Positions 23,880 to 32,419 of a stretch of 48,431 nucleotides of DNA are shown piece by piece. The DNA comes from Candidatus Woesearchaeota archaeon (lineage in GTDB: Archaea; Nanobdellota; Nanobdellia; Woesearchaeales; J110). A program made the position numbers and the translations under genes. Numbering within the stretch: the stretch's first letter is position 1; each line of letters starts with the position of its first letter. The DNA is taken from assembly GCA_003694805.1 (NCBI GenBank), contig RFJU01000038.1:1-48431 (forward strand), read 5' to 3'. Below the pieces are notes generated by a model, which worked only from the letters and a program-made list of their open reading frames with translations, did no database searches and was not told the DNA's origin.

Positions 23880-24104
23880 ATGAAGAACATCAACATCACA
23901 CTTCCCGACGACCTCCATCACCAACTCAAACTCCTCTCTGTTCTCAAAGGAACCACCCTCAAAGCACTCATCACCACCACCCTCTCTGAAACACTCTCTG
24001 AAACGCAAGAACAACAACCCCATATCAAGACCCACACCGCAGGCCGACAACAACCCGCCAGACAACACCCACACCACCCCCTTGATAAGAAAAAAACACC
24101 ATGA
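23880..24104 (+). CDS. ribbon-helix-helix (CopG/Arc-like) protein, copy 2 (74 aa)
   Basis: 'MKNINITLPDDLHHQLKLLSVLKGTTLKALITTTL'. Stop overlaps the next start (ATGA at 24101-24104). Confidence 0.65.
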   Translation: MKNINITLPDDLHHQLKLLSVLKGTTLKALITTTLSETLSETQEQQPHIKTHTAGRQQPARQHPHHPLDKKKTP

Positions 24105-27100
24105 AAAACAACAGCACCCGCACTACCAACAATCACCGGCCACCTCCCTTCCCAGCTGGCCCCACACACTCCACAAACACGAACCCCCGCCAGGGCACGC
24201 TCCTACTCCTCACAACCCTCATCCTCGCCGCGCTCATCCTCTCCCTCTCCTCCCTCGCCACATTCACCACAGGACCGCAAATCACCCCCACAGGAGCCTC
24301 AACCAACGACTCCCTCCTCTGCGAGTGGACCGCCACCGGCACCACCATCACTGCCAACGTCACGTGGTACCGCAACGGCGCCCTCAACGCAACAGAAAAC
24401 AACATCTCCTGCACTTCAGGCCAGCCCTGCCAAACCCCCACCGGCATCGACGCGAGCGCCGTCATGAGAGACGACGAGTGGAACTGCACCGTCACCCTCT
24501 ACAACGGATCAACCACCCAAACCCAGAGCACAAAAACAACCATCGCCAACGCAGACCCGACCATCATCCCTGTCAGCGACCCGCAAACCCTCACAGAAGA
24601 CACTCCCTATTACTACGACTTCAACGCAACCGACGCAGAAAACGACCCTTTATTTTGGACGTCACGAGAAATCAACACAACCACCAACTCAACCATCTCA
24701 CCACCGCTCTTCCGCTTCTCAGACCCGGGCAGCGACGAAATACTCGGCATCATCAGCTTCACGCCGGACGCGAACGACGTGGGAAACCACACTATGGAGA
24801 TAACGGTTACTGACGGGCACGAAGGCGCAGACTCCATCATCCTCACCTACATTGTCAACGAAGTCAACGACAACCCCCTCTTCACCGTCACCGACCAAAA
24901 CGCGACGGAAGACATCCCCTTCTCCTACCTCATCACCCCAACCGACGAAGAAAACGACCTCCCCTTCAACTTCTCCCTCACCACCACCCCTGCAAGCAGA
25001 ATCATCCTCATCCAAATCAACAGTACAACCGCAAACATCACCTTCAACACCACCAACGGCGCGCCGGACTTTCAAGACGGCGGCACGTACAACGTCACCG
25101 TCACGGCCAACGACACCAGAGGAGGCTCAACAACAAAAACATTCCTCCTCACCGTCATCACAACCAACCAACAACCCAACCTCACCCTCATCCAAAACCA
25201 AACCTGGACGGAAGGACAACTCCTCACCTTCAACCTCAGCGCAAACGACGCGGACGTCAACGACACACTCACCTTCAGCGTCAACGACACACGCTTCACC
25301 GCAAACACCATCAACAACAGCAACAACGCCACCGGCAACGTCACTGCCCAACTTGACGACGCCCACGTCGGCTACTACCCCATCAAAATCACCGTCACAG
25401 ACATCGGCGGCGCAACAGATTCCCAAACCGTATGGATCAACATCACAAACGTCAACGACGCCCCCCTCATCCACAACACCAGCCAAGACAGCCAAAACAC
25501 AGACGGAAGCGACATCCACAACCTCACCGCCTACGCAGGAGCACCCTTCGCCTACCACGTCAACGCCACTGACAACGACACCCTCACCCCGACTGGCGAA
25601 GTACTCACCTACACCCTCAACGACACGAGCAAACTCTCCATCAACGCAACCACCGGCCTCGTCACCTTCACACCCACCCAAACAGATGTTGGCGTCCACA
25701 CCGTCCTTGTCACCGTCACTGACGATGAAGGCCTCAGCGACAACGAAACCCTCACGGTCACGACGCTCAACAACTCTGCACCAGCCTTCGACCCCATAAC
25801 AAACGTGACGTGCTACGAAGACCTCCTGTGCACAGCATTCATCACCGCAACGGACCAGGAAGGAGACAACATCACCATCATGAGCAACAACACCGCAGTC
25901 TTTAACCTCACAACGTACAACACCACCACTGCAGTACACAACACCACCCACAACCAAAGCGACGTAGGCAACTACACCATACTCCTCACCGCAACGGACA
26001 CGAAAGGCGCCTCAAACACCACAACCATCAACCTCTCCATCATCGAGCAAAACGACCTGCCAGTCCTGGACACCATCACCTTCCCCACTATTGTTGAGGA
26101 ACACCCCGTCCTCATCTATCTCCACGCCGACGACGAAGACTACCTCCTCAACATCGAAAACATCACCTTCAACCGCACCTTCCTCACCGGCAAAGACGTC
26201 TTCAACATCACCACGCGCTTCAACACAAGCAACAACAAAACCTACGGCGTCATCAACTTCACCCCGGCAACAAACGACGACGGATTTTACTCGGTCAACA
26301 TCACCGCAACAGACAAGAGAGGAGGAACCGACTGGCAAGTCATCAATTTCACCATCTACAACAAAACGCTCCCGCCCAACATTACTCAAATCAAGCCGTA
26401 CGGCAACGCATCAGCAAACAACGCCATCATCGACGCATTCACCGCAACAACCAACTACCCCAACAACAACACTCCCGTGACGCTCAACGAAAACACGACA
26501 TACACGTTCAACCACACCACCACAGACGACACCACCGCTCCTGAAAACCTCACTTTTGCTTGGTACTACGACGGCTCGTTAAGCACCACCACCCACGCGT
26601 ACACCAAATCTTTCGACTTTTTTTCCTCAGGAACCCACACCATCCTCCTCGTCGTCAACGACGACCGCCTAGAAAACGCAACGTGGCAGTGGACCCTCAC
26701 CGTCCAAAACGTCAACAGAGCACCCTCCCTTTCCAACCCGCTCGATAACCTCACCGCCAACGGCACCACAACATACAGCAGCTACTTCAACTTCTACAAC
26801 TCACAGCAAAAATTCTACGACCCCGACGATGACACGAACAGCGACGGACAAGTAACCGGAAATGAAACGACCTCCCTCACGTTTAACGCGACAACGTGCA
26901 ACGTCGCCACGCTCTCCATCAGCGGAGCCAGCCTCACGGTCACCCCAACAAGCGTTGGAAACTGCACCGTGACATTCAGCGCGAGTGACGGGCAAGAAAG
27001 CGTCACCAGCAACACCGTCACCATCACCACAACCGGCGTGAGCGAATCCCAAACCAGCACAAGCACCAGCTCCAGCGGTGGCGGCGGAGGAGGCGGAGGA

Positions 27101-27841
27101 GGAGGTTCAAGTACGAGCACCCAACTCGTCCCCATACCGCAAGACAACCCCATCCCGCTGAACATCGTCGCGCCGGAAAACATAGTCATCACCGACGCCA
27201 ACCTCGTCCGCATCCCGGTCAAGCTCCAAAACACGTGGGACCGAGACCTCCAAGACATAACCGTCCAGGCAAAAACAAACGCGACCGGCATCGAGCTGAG
27301 CTACTCCCAAACGTTCTTTGAAACCATACCGCCAAACTCAAGCGCCAGCCTCACCATCACCGCCTCAAACTACCGCCTCGGCGAAGCCTACGAAGTCGTT
27401 ATCGAAGCAAACGTCACCTCACCAAAATTCTTCGACTCAGCCAGCGTCTTCGTCAGCGCCCTCGAAGCAGCACAAGACAACCTCTCCGTCGATCAAAAAG
27501 TCACCTTCGCCAGAGACCTCCTCAACGACAACCCAGAATGCCAAGAACTCAACGAACAGCTCGAACAAGCACGAGAACGCATAGAAGAAGGCAACCTCAA
27601 AGAAGCGGAAGCAATCATTGACGCAACCATCAACGGGTGCCGCTACCTCGTCAGCCAAGTCAGAAAGGTCGAAGAACAACCCACACTCATCACCACCGCG
27701 CTCAAAAAGAAGCCATTCCAAATAGGGCTCATCGCCATATTCACCATCCTTCTTCTCGCCACTATCGGCACCGTAGCCATGACGCTAAGAAACAAATACC
27801 ACCTCAAAGAAAAAGAAGACAGCACAAACCAAGAAACATAA
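24101..27841 (+). CDS. cadherin-like repeat surface protein (1246 aa): N-terminal anchor, one 'LNCTF-type' Ig module, ~7 cadherin-like repeats, Gly10 linker, CARDB-like domain, coiled coil, C-terminal TM
   Basis: Repeats 'VNDNPLF..TDEENDLPFNFSL', 'ANDADVNDTLTFSVND', 'VNDAPLI..ATDNDTL..LTYTLND', 'ATDQEGDNITI'. G10 at 27077-27106. C-terminal 'IGLIAIFTILLLATIGTVAMTL'. Confidence 0.85.
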   Translation: MKNNSTRTTNNHRPPPFPAGPTHSTNTNPRQGTLLLLTTLILAALILSLSSLATFTTGPQITPTGASTNDSLLCEWTATGTTITANVTWYRNGALNATENNISCTSGQPCQTPTGIDASAVMRDDEWNCTVTLYNGSTTQTQSTKTTIANADPTIIPVSDPQTLTEDTPYYYDFNATDAENDPLFWTSREINTTTNSTISPPLFRFSDPGSDEILGIISFTPDANDVGNHTMEITVTDGHEGADSIILTYIVNEVNDNPLFTVTDQNATEDIPFSYLITPTDEENDLPFNFSLTTTPASRIILIQINSTTANITFNTTNGAPDFQDGGTYNVTVTANDTRGGSTTKTFLLTVITTNQQPNLTLIQNQTWTEGQLLTFNLSANDADVNDTLTFSVNDTRFTANTINNSNNATGNVTAQLDDAHVGYYPIKITVTDIGGATDSQTVWINITNVNDAPLIHNTSQDSQNTDGSDIHNLTAYAGAPFAYHVNATDNDTLTPTGEVLTYTLNDTSKLSINATTGLVTFTPTQTDVGVHTVLVTVTDDEGLSDNETLTVTTLNNSAPAFDPITNVTCYEDLLCTAFITATDQEGDNITIMSNNTAVFNLTTYNTTTAVHNTTHNQSDVGNYTILLTATDTKGASNTTTINLSIIEQNDLPVLDTITFPTIVEEHPVLIYLHADDEDYLLNIENITFNRTFLTGKDVFNITTRFNTSNNKTYGVINFTPATNDDGFYSVNITATDKRGGTDWQVINFTIYNKTLPPNITQIKPYGNASANNAIIDAFTATTNYPNNNTPVTLNENTTYTFNHTTTDDTTAPENLTFAWYYDGSLSTTTHAYTKSFDFFSSGTHTILLVVNDDRLENATWQWTLTVQNVNRAPSLSNPLDNLTANGTTTYSSYFNFYNSQQKFYDPDDDTNSDGQVTGNETTSLTFNATTCNVATLSISGASLTVTPTSVGNCTVTFSASDGQESVTSNTVTITTTGVSESQTSTSTSSSGGGGGGGGGGSSTSTQLVPIPQDNPIPLNIVAPENIVITDANLVRIPVKLQNTWDRDLQDITVQAKTNATGIELSYSQTFFETIPPNSSASLTITASNYRLGEAYEVVIEANVTSPKFFDSASVFVSALEAAQDNLSVDQKVTFARDLLNDNPECQELNEQLEQARERIEEGNLKEAEAIIDATINGCRYLVSQVRKVEEQPTLITTALKKKPFQIGLIAIFTILLLATIGTVAMTLRNKYHLKEKEDSTNQET

Positions 27842-27903
27842 CAAAAAAAAACAGAACACAACAAAAAAAAACAGAACAAAACCGGCCCGCCGGACAGCCA
27901 AGG

Positions 27904-27954
27904 ACAACAAACCACGCCTTACAACAAACCACGCCTTACAACAAACCACGCCTT
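27904..27954. repeat. perfect tandem repeat, 3 x 17 bp (ACAACAAACCACGCCTT)
   Basis: Copies at 27904-27920, 27921-27937 and 27938-27954, between convergent genes. Preceded by a 2 x 18-bp repeat, ACAAAAAAAAACAGAACA, at 27841-27878. Confidence 0.9.
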
Positions 27955-27975
27955 CAGCGAACAAGCAACACGACG

Positions 27976-28596
27976 CTACAGCGCCCTAATCCTCCTGTAC
28001 GCCTCTGCAAGCTCAGGATAGAGCCGCTTTCTCCTCTCCTCAGATGCCTGCTCATAATACCCAATAAGCTCCTTGTACAACCGCTTCGCCTCAGCCTCAT
28101 CCGCAAGCCTGATCTTCTCACGCAACACCTTCAACCGCTCCTCTAACTGCCTCGCATTCTCATCCACCGCATCATCCAGCGAGCTTGACTCCCGCTTCTT
28201 CCACTTGAAGCGGAGCAGGCGCTTCAAAAACGAAACACGTTCCTCCTCCTCACCGACGAGAACGTCCACCACCTTTTCGAACTCGCGCAGCGACCGCTTC
28301 AAAGCGTCAACGCTGAACTCTTCACTCCCGACCTCAAAGGATTCCATCAACTCTAAAAAACTCAAAACCTGATTGCGCACGTCATTGGTCAAGTACACCT
28401 TCTCAAGCTCTTCCCTCAACTCCGCCGCCGTGAACTCGTAGCGCTTCTGCAAGAACTCCTGAAAAAAATATTTGAAAAGCCGATACACCTCCTCTTCTGT
28501 GACGTGACCTTTCTCCAGCAAATTCTGAATCTTCTTCCTCACCGATCTTTTCAGCTCAAGCTGCGACTGAACCGGATGCTCACCTCTTTCCACCAT
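27976..28596 (-). CDS. cytoplasmic helical protein (206 aa), homologous to the cytoplasmic tail of the 637-aa membrane protein
   Basis: 'YEFTAAELREEL' and 'AKRLYKELIGYYEQASEERRKRLYPELAEAYRRI' align with 'EDFTREDFLEAV' and 'AKRHYLTILNLYHPLTEAQRELVYYDITRLYYLI' in 5151-7064. Confidence 0.65.
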   Translation of the reverse strand: MVERGEHPVQSQLELKRSVRKKIQNLLEKGHVTEEEVYRLFKYFFQEFLQKRYEFTAAELREELEKVYLTNDVRNQVLSFLELMESFEVGSEEFSVDALKRSLREFEKVVDVLVGEEEERVSFLKRLLRFKWKKRESSSLDDAVDENARQLEERLKVLREKIRLADEAEAKRLYKELIGYYEQASEERRKRLYPELAEAYRRIRAL

Positions 28597-28626
28597 GGTT
28601 CTAACAAAGACTTAGACGCTCAAGCG

Positions 28627-28635
28627 TATTTAAAT
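28627..28635 (-). promoter_or_regulatory. TATA box (TATTTAAAT) for the 206-aa gene
   Basis: Centred ~35 nt upstream of the ATG at 28596. Confidence 0.5.
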
Positions 28636-28774
28636 CTTGCTACCGCCACCAACACGGCACTAGCCGCCTCCCCAGCCCTTTACACCAACAACAAAAAAAA
28701 AAAAACTGGGAGAAACACTCGTCGAAGCAGAAACACGAATTCCACAACCAAACACGACAAAACCACAAGGAAAC

Positions 28775-28784
28775 CTTTTTATAC
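28775..28784 (+). promoter_or_regulatory. TATA box (CTTTTTATAC) for the MoxR operon
   Basis: Centred ~28 nt upstream of the ATG at 28807. It lies inside the longer listed ORF, which argues for the shorter start. Confidence 0.55.
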
Positions 28785-28806
28785 TAGCAAACCGCAGACG
28801 ACCAGT

Positions 28807-29802
28807 ATGGAAAAAGAGGATGAGGGGCTCAAAGAGCGCGCAAAACACTACCAACTTCTCTTCGACAACATCAGAAAAGAAATCGCCAAACTCATCGTCG
28901 GGCAACAAGACATTGTCGACTCCCTCATCCAAGCACTTCTCTGCAACGGCCACGTCCTCATCGAAGGCGTCCCAGGCATTGGAAAAACCATGCTCATGCG
29001 CTCCCTCGCGCAAGTCACCGGCGGCGTCTTCTCCAGAATCCAATTCACGCCCGACCTCCTCCCCACCGACATCGTCGGCATCACGACCTACGAAGAAGGA
29101 CGAGGGTTTTTCACGCTCAAAGGACCGGTCTTCGCCAACTTCGTCCTCGCCGACGAAATAAACCGCTCACCACCCAAGGTCCAATCAGCCCTCCTTCAAG
29201 CAATGCAAGAGCGACAAGTCACCATCGGCAAGGAAACCTTCTCCCTTCCAGAACCGTTCTTCGTTATGGCAACCCAAAACCCGCTCGAACAACTCGGCAC
29301 CTACAAGCTTCCAGAAGCCCAAATCGACCGGTTCCTTTTCAAACTCATCATGACCTACCCAACCCTTGAAGAAGAACAACTCATCCTCACCAAGAACACC
29401 ACGCTCAACGACATGACCTCGTTTAACATCCAATCCATCATCTCCCCTGACGACATCGTCAAGGCCCAAGCATTCATCAAACAAATCACCCTCAGCAAAC
29501 GCATTGAATCCTACATCGTCCGCATCGTCGATGCAACCCGCCACCCAAAGCAATACGGCATCAACGAATACGGAAAATACATCAACTTCGGCGCATCACC
29601 TCGAAGCAGCATCGCCCTCTTCATCGCCTCCAAAGCCCACGCCCTCATCAAAGGACGCACCCACGTCACTCCCCAAGACGTCAAAGACGTGGCGTACAAC
29701 ATCCTGCGACACCGCATCCTTCTCAACTTCGAAGGCGAAGCAGAAGACATCTCAACAGACAGCATCATCAAAGAAATCCTCGACAAAGTCCACATTCTCT
29801 GA
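28807..29802 (+). CDS. MoxR-family AAA+ ATPase
   Basis: 'GHVLIEGVPGIGKT' (Walker A), 'FANFVLADEINRSPPKVQSALLQAMQERQVT' (Walker B/sensor region), typical ~330-aa length. Confidence 0.95.
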   Translation: MEKEDEGLKERAKHYQLLFDNIRKEIAKLIVGQQDIVDSLIQALLCNGHVLIEGVPGIGKTMLMRSLAQVTGGVFSRIQFTPDLLPTDIVGITTYEEGRGFFTLKGPVFANFVLADEINRSPPKVQSALLQAMQERQVTIGKETFSLPEPFFVMATQNPLEQLGTYKLPEAQIDRFLFKLIMTYPTLEEEQLILTKNTTLNDMTSFNIQSIISPDDIVKAQAFIKQITLSKRIESYIVRIVDATRHPKQYGINEYGKYINFGASPRSSIALFIASKAHALIKGRTHVTPQDVKDVAYNILRHRILLNFEGEAEDISTDSIIKEILDKVHIL

Positions 29803-29931
29803 CAAGAACAACACACCCACGTTTTCCTCAGGGAAAAAAAAGCAAAGGCTTGAACACGCACAAAGGTTAAACAACAAAAAGAAACGCCTACAACACGCCG
29901 TCACAAAAAAAAATCCTGCAAAAAAAATATC

Positions 29932-30834
29932 ATGGCAGTCAAACACCTCAACATCAACCTTCAAAGAAGGCTCAAAAACACCACAATCGCCACCAAACGA
30001 CACATCCTCTCCCACATCCTCGAAGGCGCATGGACAACGCTCCGCAAAGGGGCAGGCATGGAATTCGCCGGCTATCGCCAATACACCTACAGCGACGACG
30101 CGAGCCTCATCGACTGGGGCGCCTCTTTGCGCGCCAAAGAAACCCTCGTAAGAGAATTCGAAGAGTACAAAACCTTCAACGTCTTCTTCCTCCTCGACGT
30201 CAGCGACAGCATGCTCTTCTCAAGCACAGGAAAGCTCAAAGCAGAATTCGCCGCCGAAGTCACCTTCGACCTCACCGTAGCCACTTCAGAAGGCGGGGAA
30301 GCCATCGGCCTCGCCCTCTTCACCGACAAACTCGTCACCGCAATCGCTCCCAACGTCGGCGGGGGCGTGATCCACCGAGTCATGAAAGAGCTCCAAAACC
30401 CGCTTAACTACGGAGGCCCCATCGACGCCGCCAAGGCGCTCCAGCTCTCCAACCTCTACCTCCCCTCCCACCAAACGGTCATCGTCCTCATTTCTGACTT
30501 CTTCGGCTTTCGCCCGGGATGGGAACGCTACCTCAAAAGCCTCGTCCAGCGCTTTGACGTCATCGCCATTATCATCCGCGACCCGCGAGACGAAACACTC
30601 CCCAAGTACGCAGGCGAATACTACGTCAAAGACCCGTACTCCGGCCAAGTTATGCTCATCGATACAAAAACCACTTCCCACATGTTCGCCCAAGCAGTCA
30701 AAGAAGAAGACAAACGACTAGCCAACACGTTCAAAGAAACGAAAACCAGCTATGTCAAACTCTACACCAATGAAGACTACTACCGAAAACTCTTCCTCTT
30801 CTTCCGGCAACTGAGCAAGAAGCGAGGAAGATAA
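29932..30834 (+). CDS. DUF58 (vWA-like) protein, MoxR partner
   Basis: 'GAGMEFAGYRQYTYSDDASLIDWGASLRAKETLVREFEE' and 'FFLLDVSDSM' match the DUF58 pattern. Confidence 0.85.
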   Translation: MAVKHLNINLQRRLKNTTIATKRHILSHILEGAWTTLRKGAGMEFAGYRQYTYSDDASLIDWGASLRAKETLVREFEEYKTFNVFFLLDVSDSMLFSSTGKLKAEFAAEVTFDLTVATSEGGEAIGLALFTDKLVTAIAPNVGGGVIHRVMKELQNPLNYGGPIDAAKALQLSNLYLPSHQTVIVLISDFFGFRPGWERYLKSLVQRFDVIAIIIRDPRDETLPKYAGEYYVKDPYSGQVMLIDTKTTSHMFAQAVKEEDKRLANTFKETKTSYVKLYTNEDYYRKLFLFFRQLSKKRGR

Positions 30835-30885
30835 CAACAAAAAAGATAACAACAAAACAAGCAAGAAAAAAAAAGAACAGCCACG

Positions 30886-31836
30886 ATGTTCCTCGAATTC
30901 GAACACCCCTACTTCCTCTGGTACCTCCTCCTCATTCCAGTCCTCGTAGGCCTGCATTTCTACTACCTACGCCACGCCAGAAAGCGCGCCATCACTTTTG
31001 CAAACTTCGAAGCACTCAAGCGCGCCAGCGGAAAAAAACAAAGAACAAGAAACCTCACCCAACTCCTCGTGCGGTGCCTCGTCATTGCCAGCCTCACGTT
31101 TGCCCTCGCGAGGCCGAGCCTGTGGATTGAAAGCGAAACCAGCGACCTCGCCGTCATGATCGCAATCGACACCAGCGCATCCATGGCGGCGCAAGATTTC
31201 CGGCCAACACGACTCGACGCTGCCAAAAACATCACACGAGCAATCCTTGACACCCTCGGCCCTGCAACACCAGTGGGGCTCCTAAGCTTTGCAAGCGTGA
31301 GCTACATCAACGCCCTCCCCACCACCGACCTCGAAAACGTCAGGGACCACCTCGAAGACATCTCCCTCTCAAAAGGAGGAGGCACAGACATCGCCGGAGC
31401 GGTCATAACGGCAACGAACACCCTCCTCCACCTCAACAAAACCAAGACTGTCGTGCTCATCTCCGACGGCAGCCAAACACTCGGAGCATACACAGACACC
31501 TCCAACCGGGAAGCAATCGAGTACGCCAAGAAAAACCACATCACCATCCACGCTGTCGGGATCGGCACAAACACCGGCCCTATTGGATACCTCCCCAGCT
31601 ACTACAACCTCAGTTCTGTGTACAACGAAGCAACCCTGCGCGCATTCTCCAACGCGACAGGAGGAACCTACCTTCACCTCGAAAGCGAAAACGATCTCCC
31701 AACAGCAACCACGCTTCTTCCCCGCCAAAAAGGCCTCGCGGCCATCCCCCTCACCACGCACTTCCTCCTTCTCGTCCTCATCTTCATCATACTCGAATGG
31801 GCCCTCTCCAACACGAGATTCATCACCGTCCCTTAA
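30886..31836 (+). CDS. von Willebrand factor A domain membrane protein (BatA-like)
   Basis: N-terminal TM 'YFLWYLLLIPVLVGLHFYY', MIDAS 'AIDTSASM', C-terminal TM. Confidence 0.9.
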   Translation: MFLEFEHPYFLWYLLLIPVLVGLHFYYLRHARKRAITFANFEALKRASGKKQRTRNLTQLLVRCLVIASLTFALARPSLWIESETSDLAVMIAIDTSASMAAQDFRPTRLDAAKNITRAILDTLGPATPVGLLSFASVSYINALPTTDLENVRDHLEDISLSKGGGTDIAGAVITATNTLLHLNKTKTVVLISDGSQTLGAYTDTSNREAIEYAKKNHITIHAVGIGTNTGPIGYLPSYYNLSSVYNEATLRAFSNATGGTYLHLESENDLPTATTLLPRQKGLAAIPLTTHFLLLVLIFIILEWALSNTRFITVP

Positions 31837-31868
31837 CAAGGCACGCCCCGCCTGGCCATCTGCGAAAG

Positions 31869-31877
31869 CTTATAAAT
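31869..31877 (+). promoter_or_regulatory. TATA box (CTTATAAAT) for the DUF212 gene
   Basis: Centred ~27 nt upstream of the ATG at 31900. Confidence 0.55.
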
Positions 31878-31899
31878 CCCCTCCTGCTCTTTGCCGAAC

Positions 31900-32340
31900 A
31901 TGACCGGAATACTACTGCGTACAACGCCTGAGACCGCCTTTATCCTTGCCAGCACAGCACTTGCCTTTCTTCTCGCCCAAATCATCAAGTACTTCACGTT
32001 CCAACAAAAACAACCTGCACCGTGGTGGCGCGTCTTTTTCACCTACGGCGGCATGCCTTCCGTCCACACCGCAACGCTCGTGGCAATCACTACTAGCATC
32101 TTCCTCACTCAGGGCATAACACCCCTCTTCCTCCTCTCTTTTGTCATCAGCACGCTCATCATTCGAGACGCCATGACCCTGCGCACCAAGATTGGGCAAA
32201 ACGCCGAAAGTCTTGACAAACTCCTCCACAAGCACAAAAACCTTACCAACACCCGCCTCGGCCACACACTCCCCGAAGTAGCCGTTGGGCTGGGCATTGG
32301 CATTGCATCGACAATCATGCTCTTCTTGTTCTTCTTCTAA
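31900..32340 (+). CDS. divergent PAP2 family (DUF212) membrane protein
   Basis: 'YGGMPSVHTATLVAITTSI', 'IIRDAMTLRTKIG', 'LGHTLPEVAVGLGIG'. Confidence 0.8.
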   Translation: MTGILLRTTPETAFILASTALAFLLAQIIKYFTFQQKQPAPWWRVFFTYGGMPSVHTATLVAITTSIFLTQGITPLFLLSFVISTLIIRDAMTLRTKIGQNAESLDKLLHKHKNLTNTRLGHTLPEVAVGLGIGIASTIMLFLFFF

Positions 32341-32382
32341 ACAACGCTCAAACCAACGCTCGCCCCAGCAAGGTTCCCAGTA

Positions 32383-32394
32383 AGTTTTTTAAGG
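32383..32394 (+). promoter_or_regulatory. TATA-like box (AGTTTTTTAAGG) for tRNA-Thr
   Basis: Centred ~31 nt upstream of the tRNA 5' end at 32420. Confidence 0.5.
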
Positions 32395-32419
32395 AAGGGT
32401 GCGCCTCTTGCTCTGCATT

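Noticed and set aside
24852-25799. 315-aa plus-strand ORF (Pro/Ser/Thr-rich) in an alternative frame inside the 1246-aa gene. The same phenomenon occurs at 24082-24813, 38194-39225, 33291-34010, 13751-14290, 40758-41579 and 39668-40234.
   Set aside because: These are low-complexity P/S/T/R/K translations with no motifs. They are explained by T-depleted coding strands, which rarely generate stop codons in other frames. The overlapping frames carry clear domain signatures.
27841-27954. Possible CRISPR array from the 17-bp and 18-bp direct repeats.
   Set aside because: The repeats are contiguous or separated by 2 nt, with no spacers. The units are too short and no cas genes are present.
28504-28806. 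N-terminal extensions of listed ORFs: MoxR from 28504, FtsX from 36933, SRP54 from 4053, the 653-aa ORF from 7112, GH57 from 46921, the HTH gene from 22779, and the AI-2E gene from 38514.
   Set aside because: The extensions translate A-rich spacers into Lys/Asn/Thr-rich tails, contain the gene's own TATA box or SD, or overlap the upstream gene. Family-typical N-termini begin at the internal Met.
28807-31836. MoxR-DUF58-vWA cluster as a novel system.
   Set aside because: This is the common Bat/MoxR-type arrangement. Only its link to the 206-aa paralogue is unusual, and that is reported separately.
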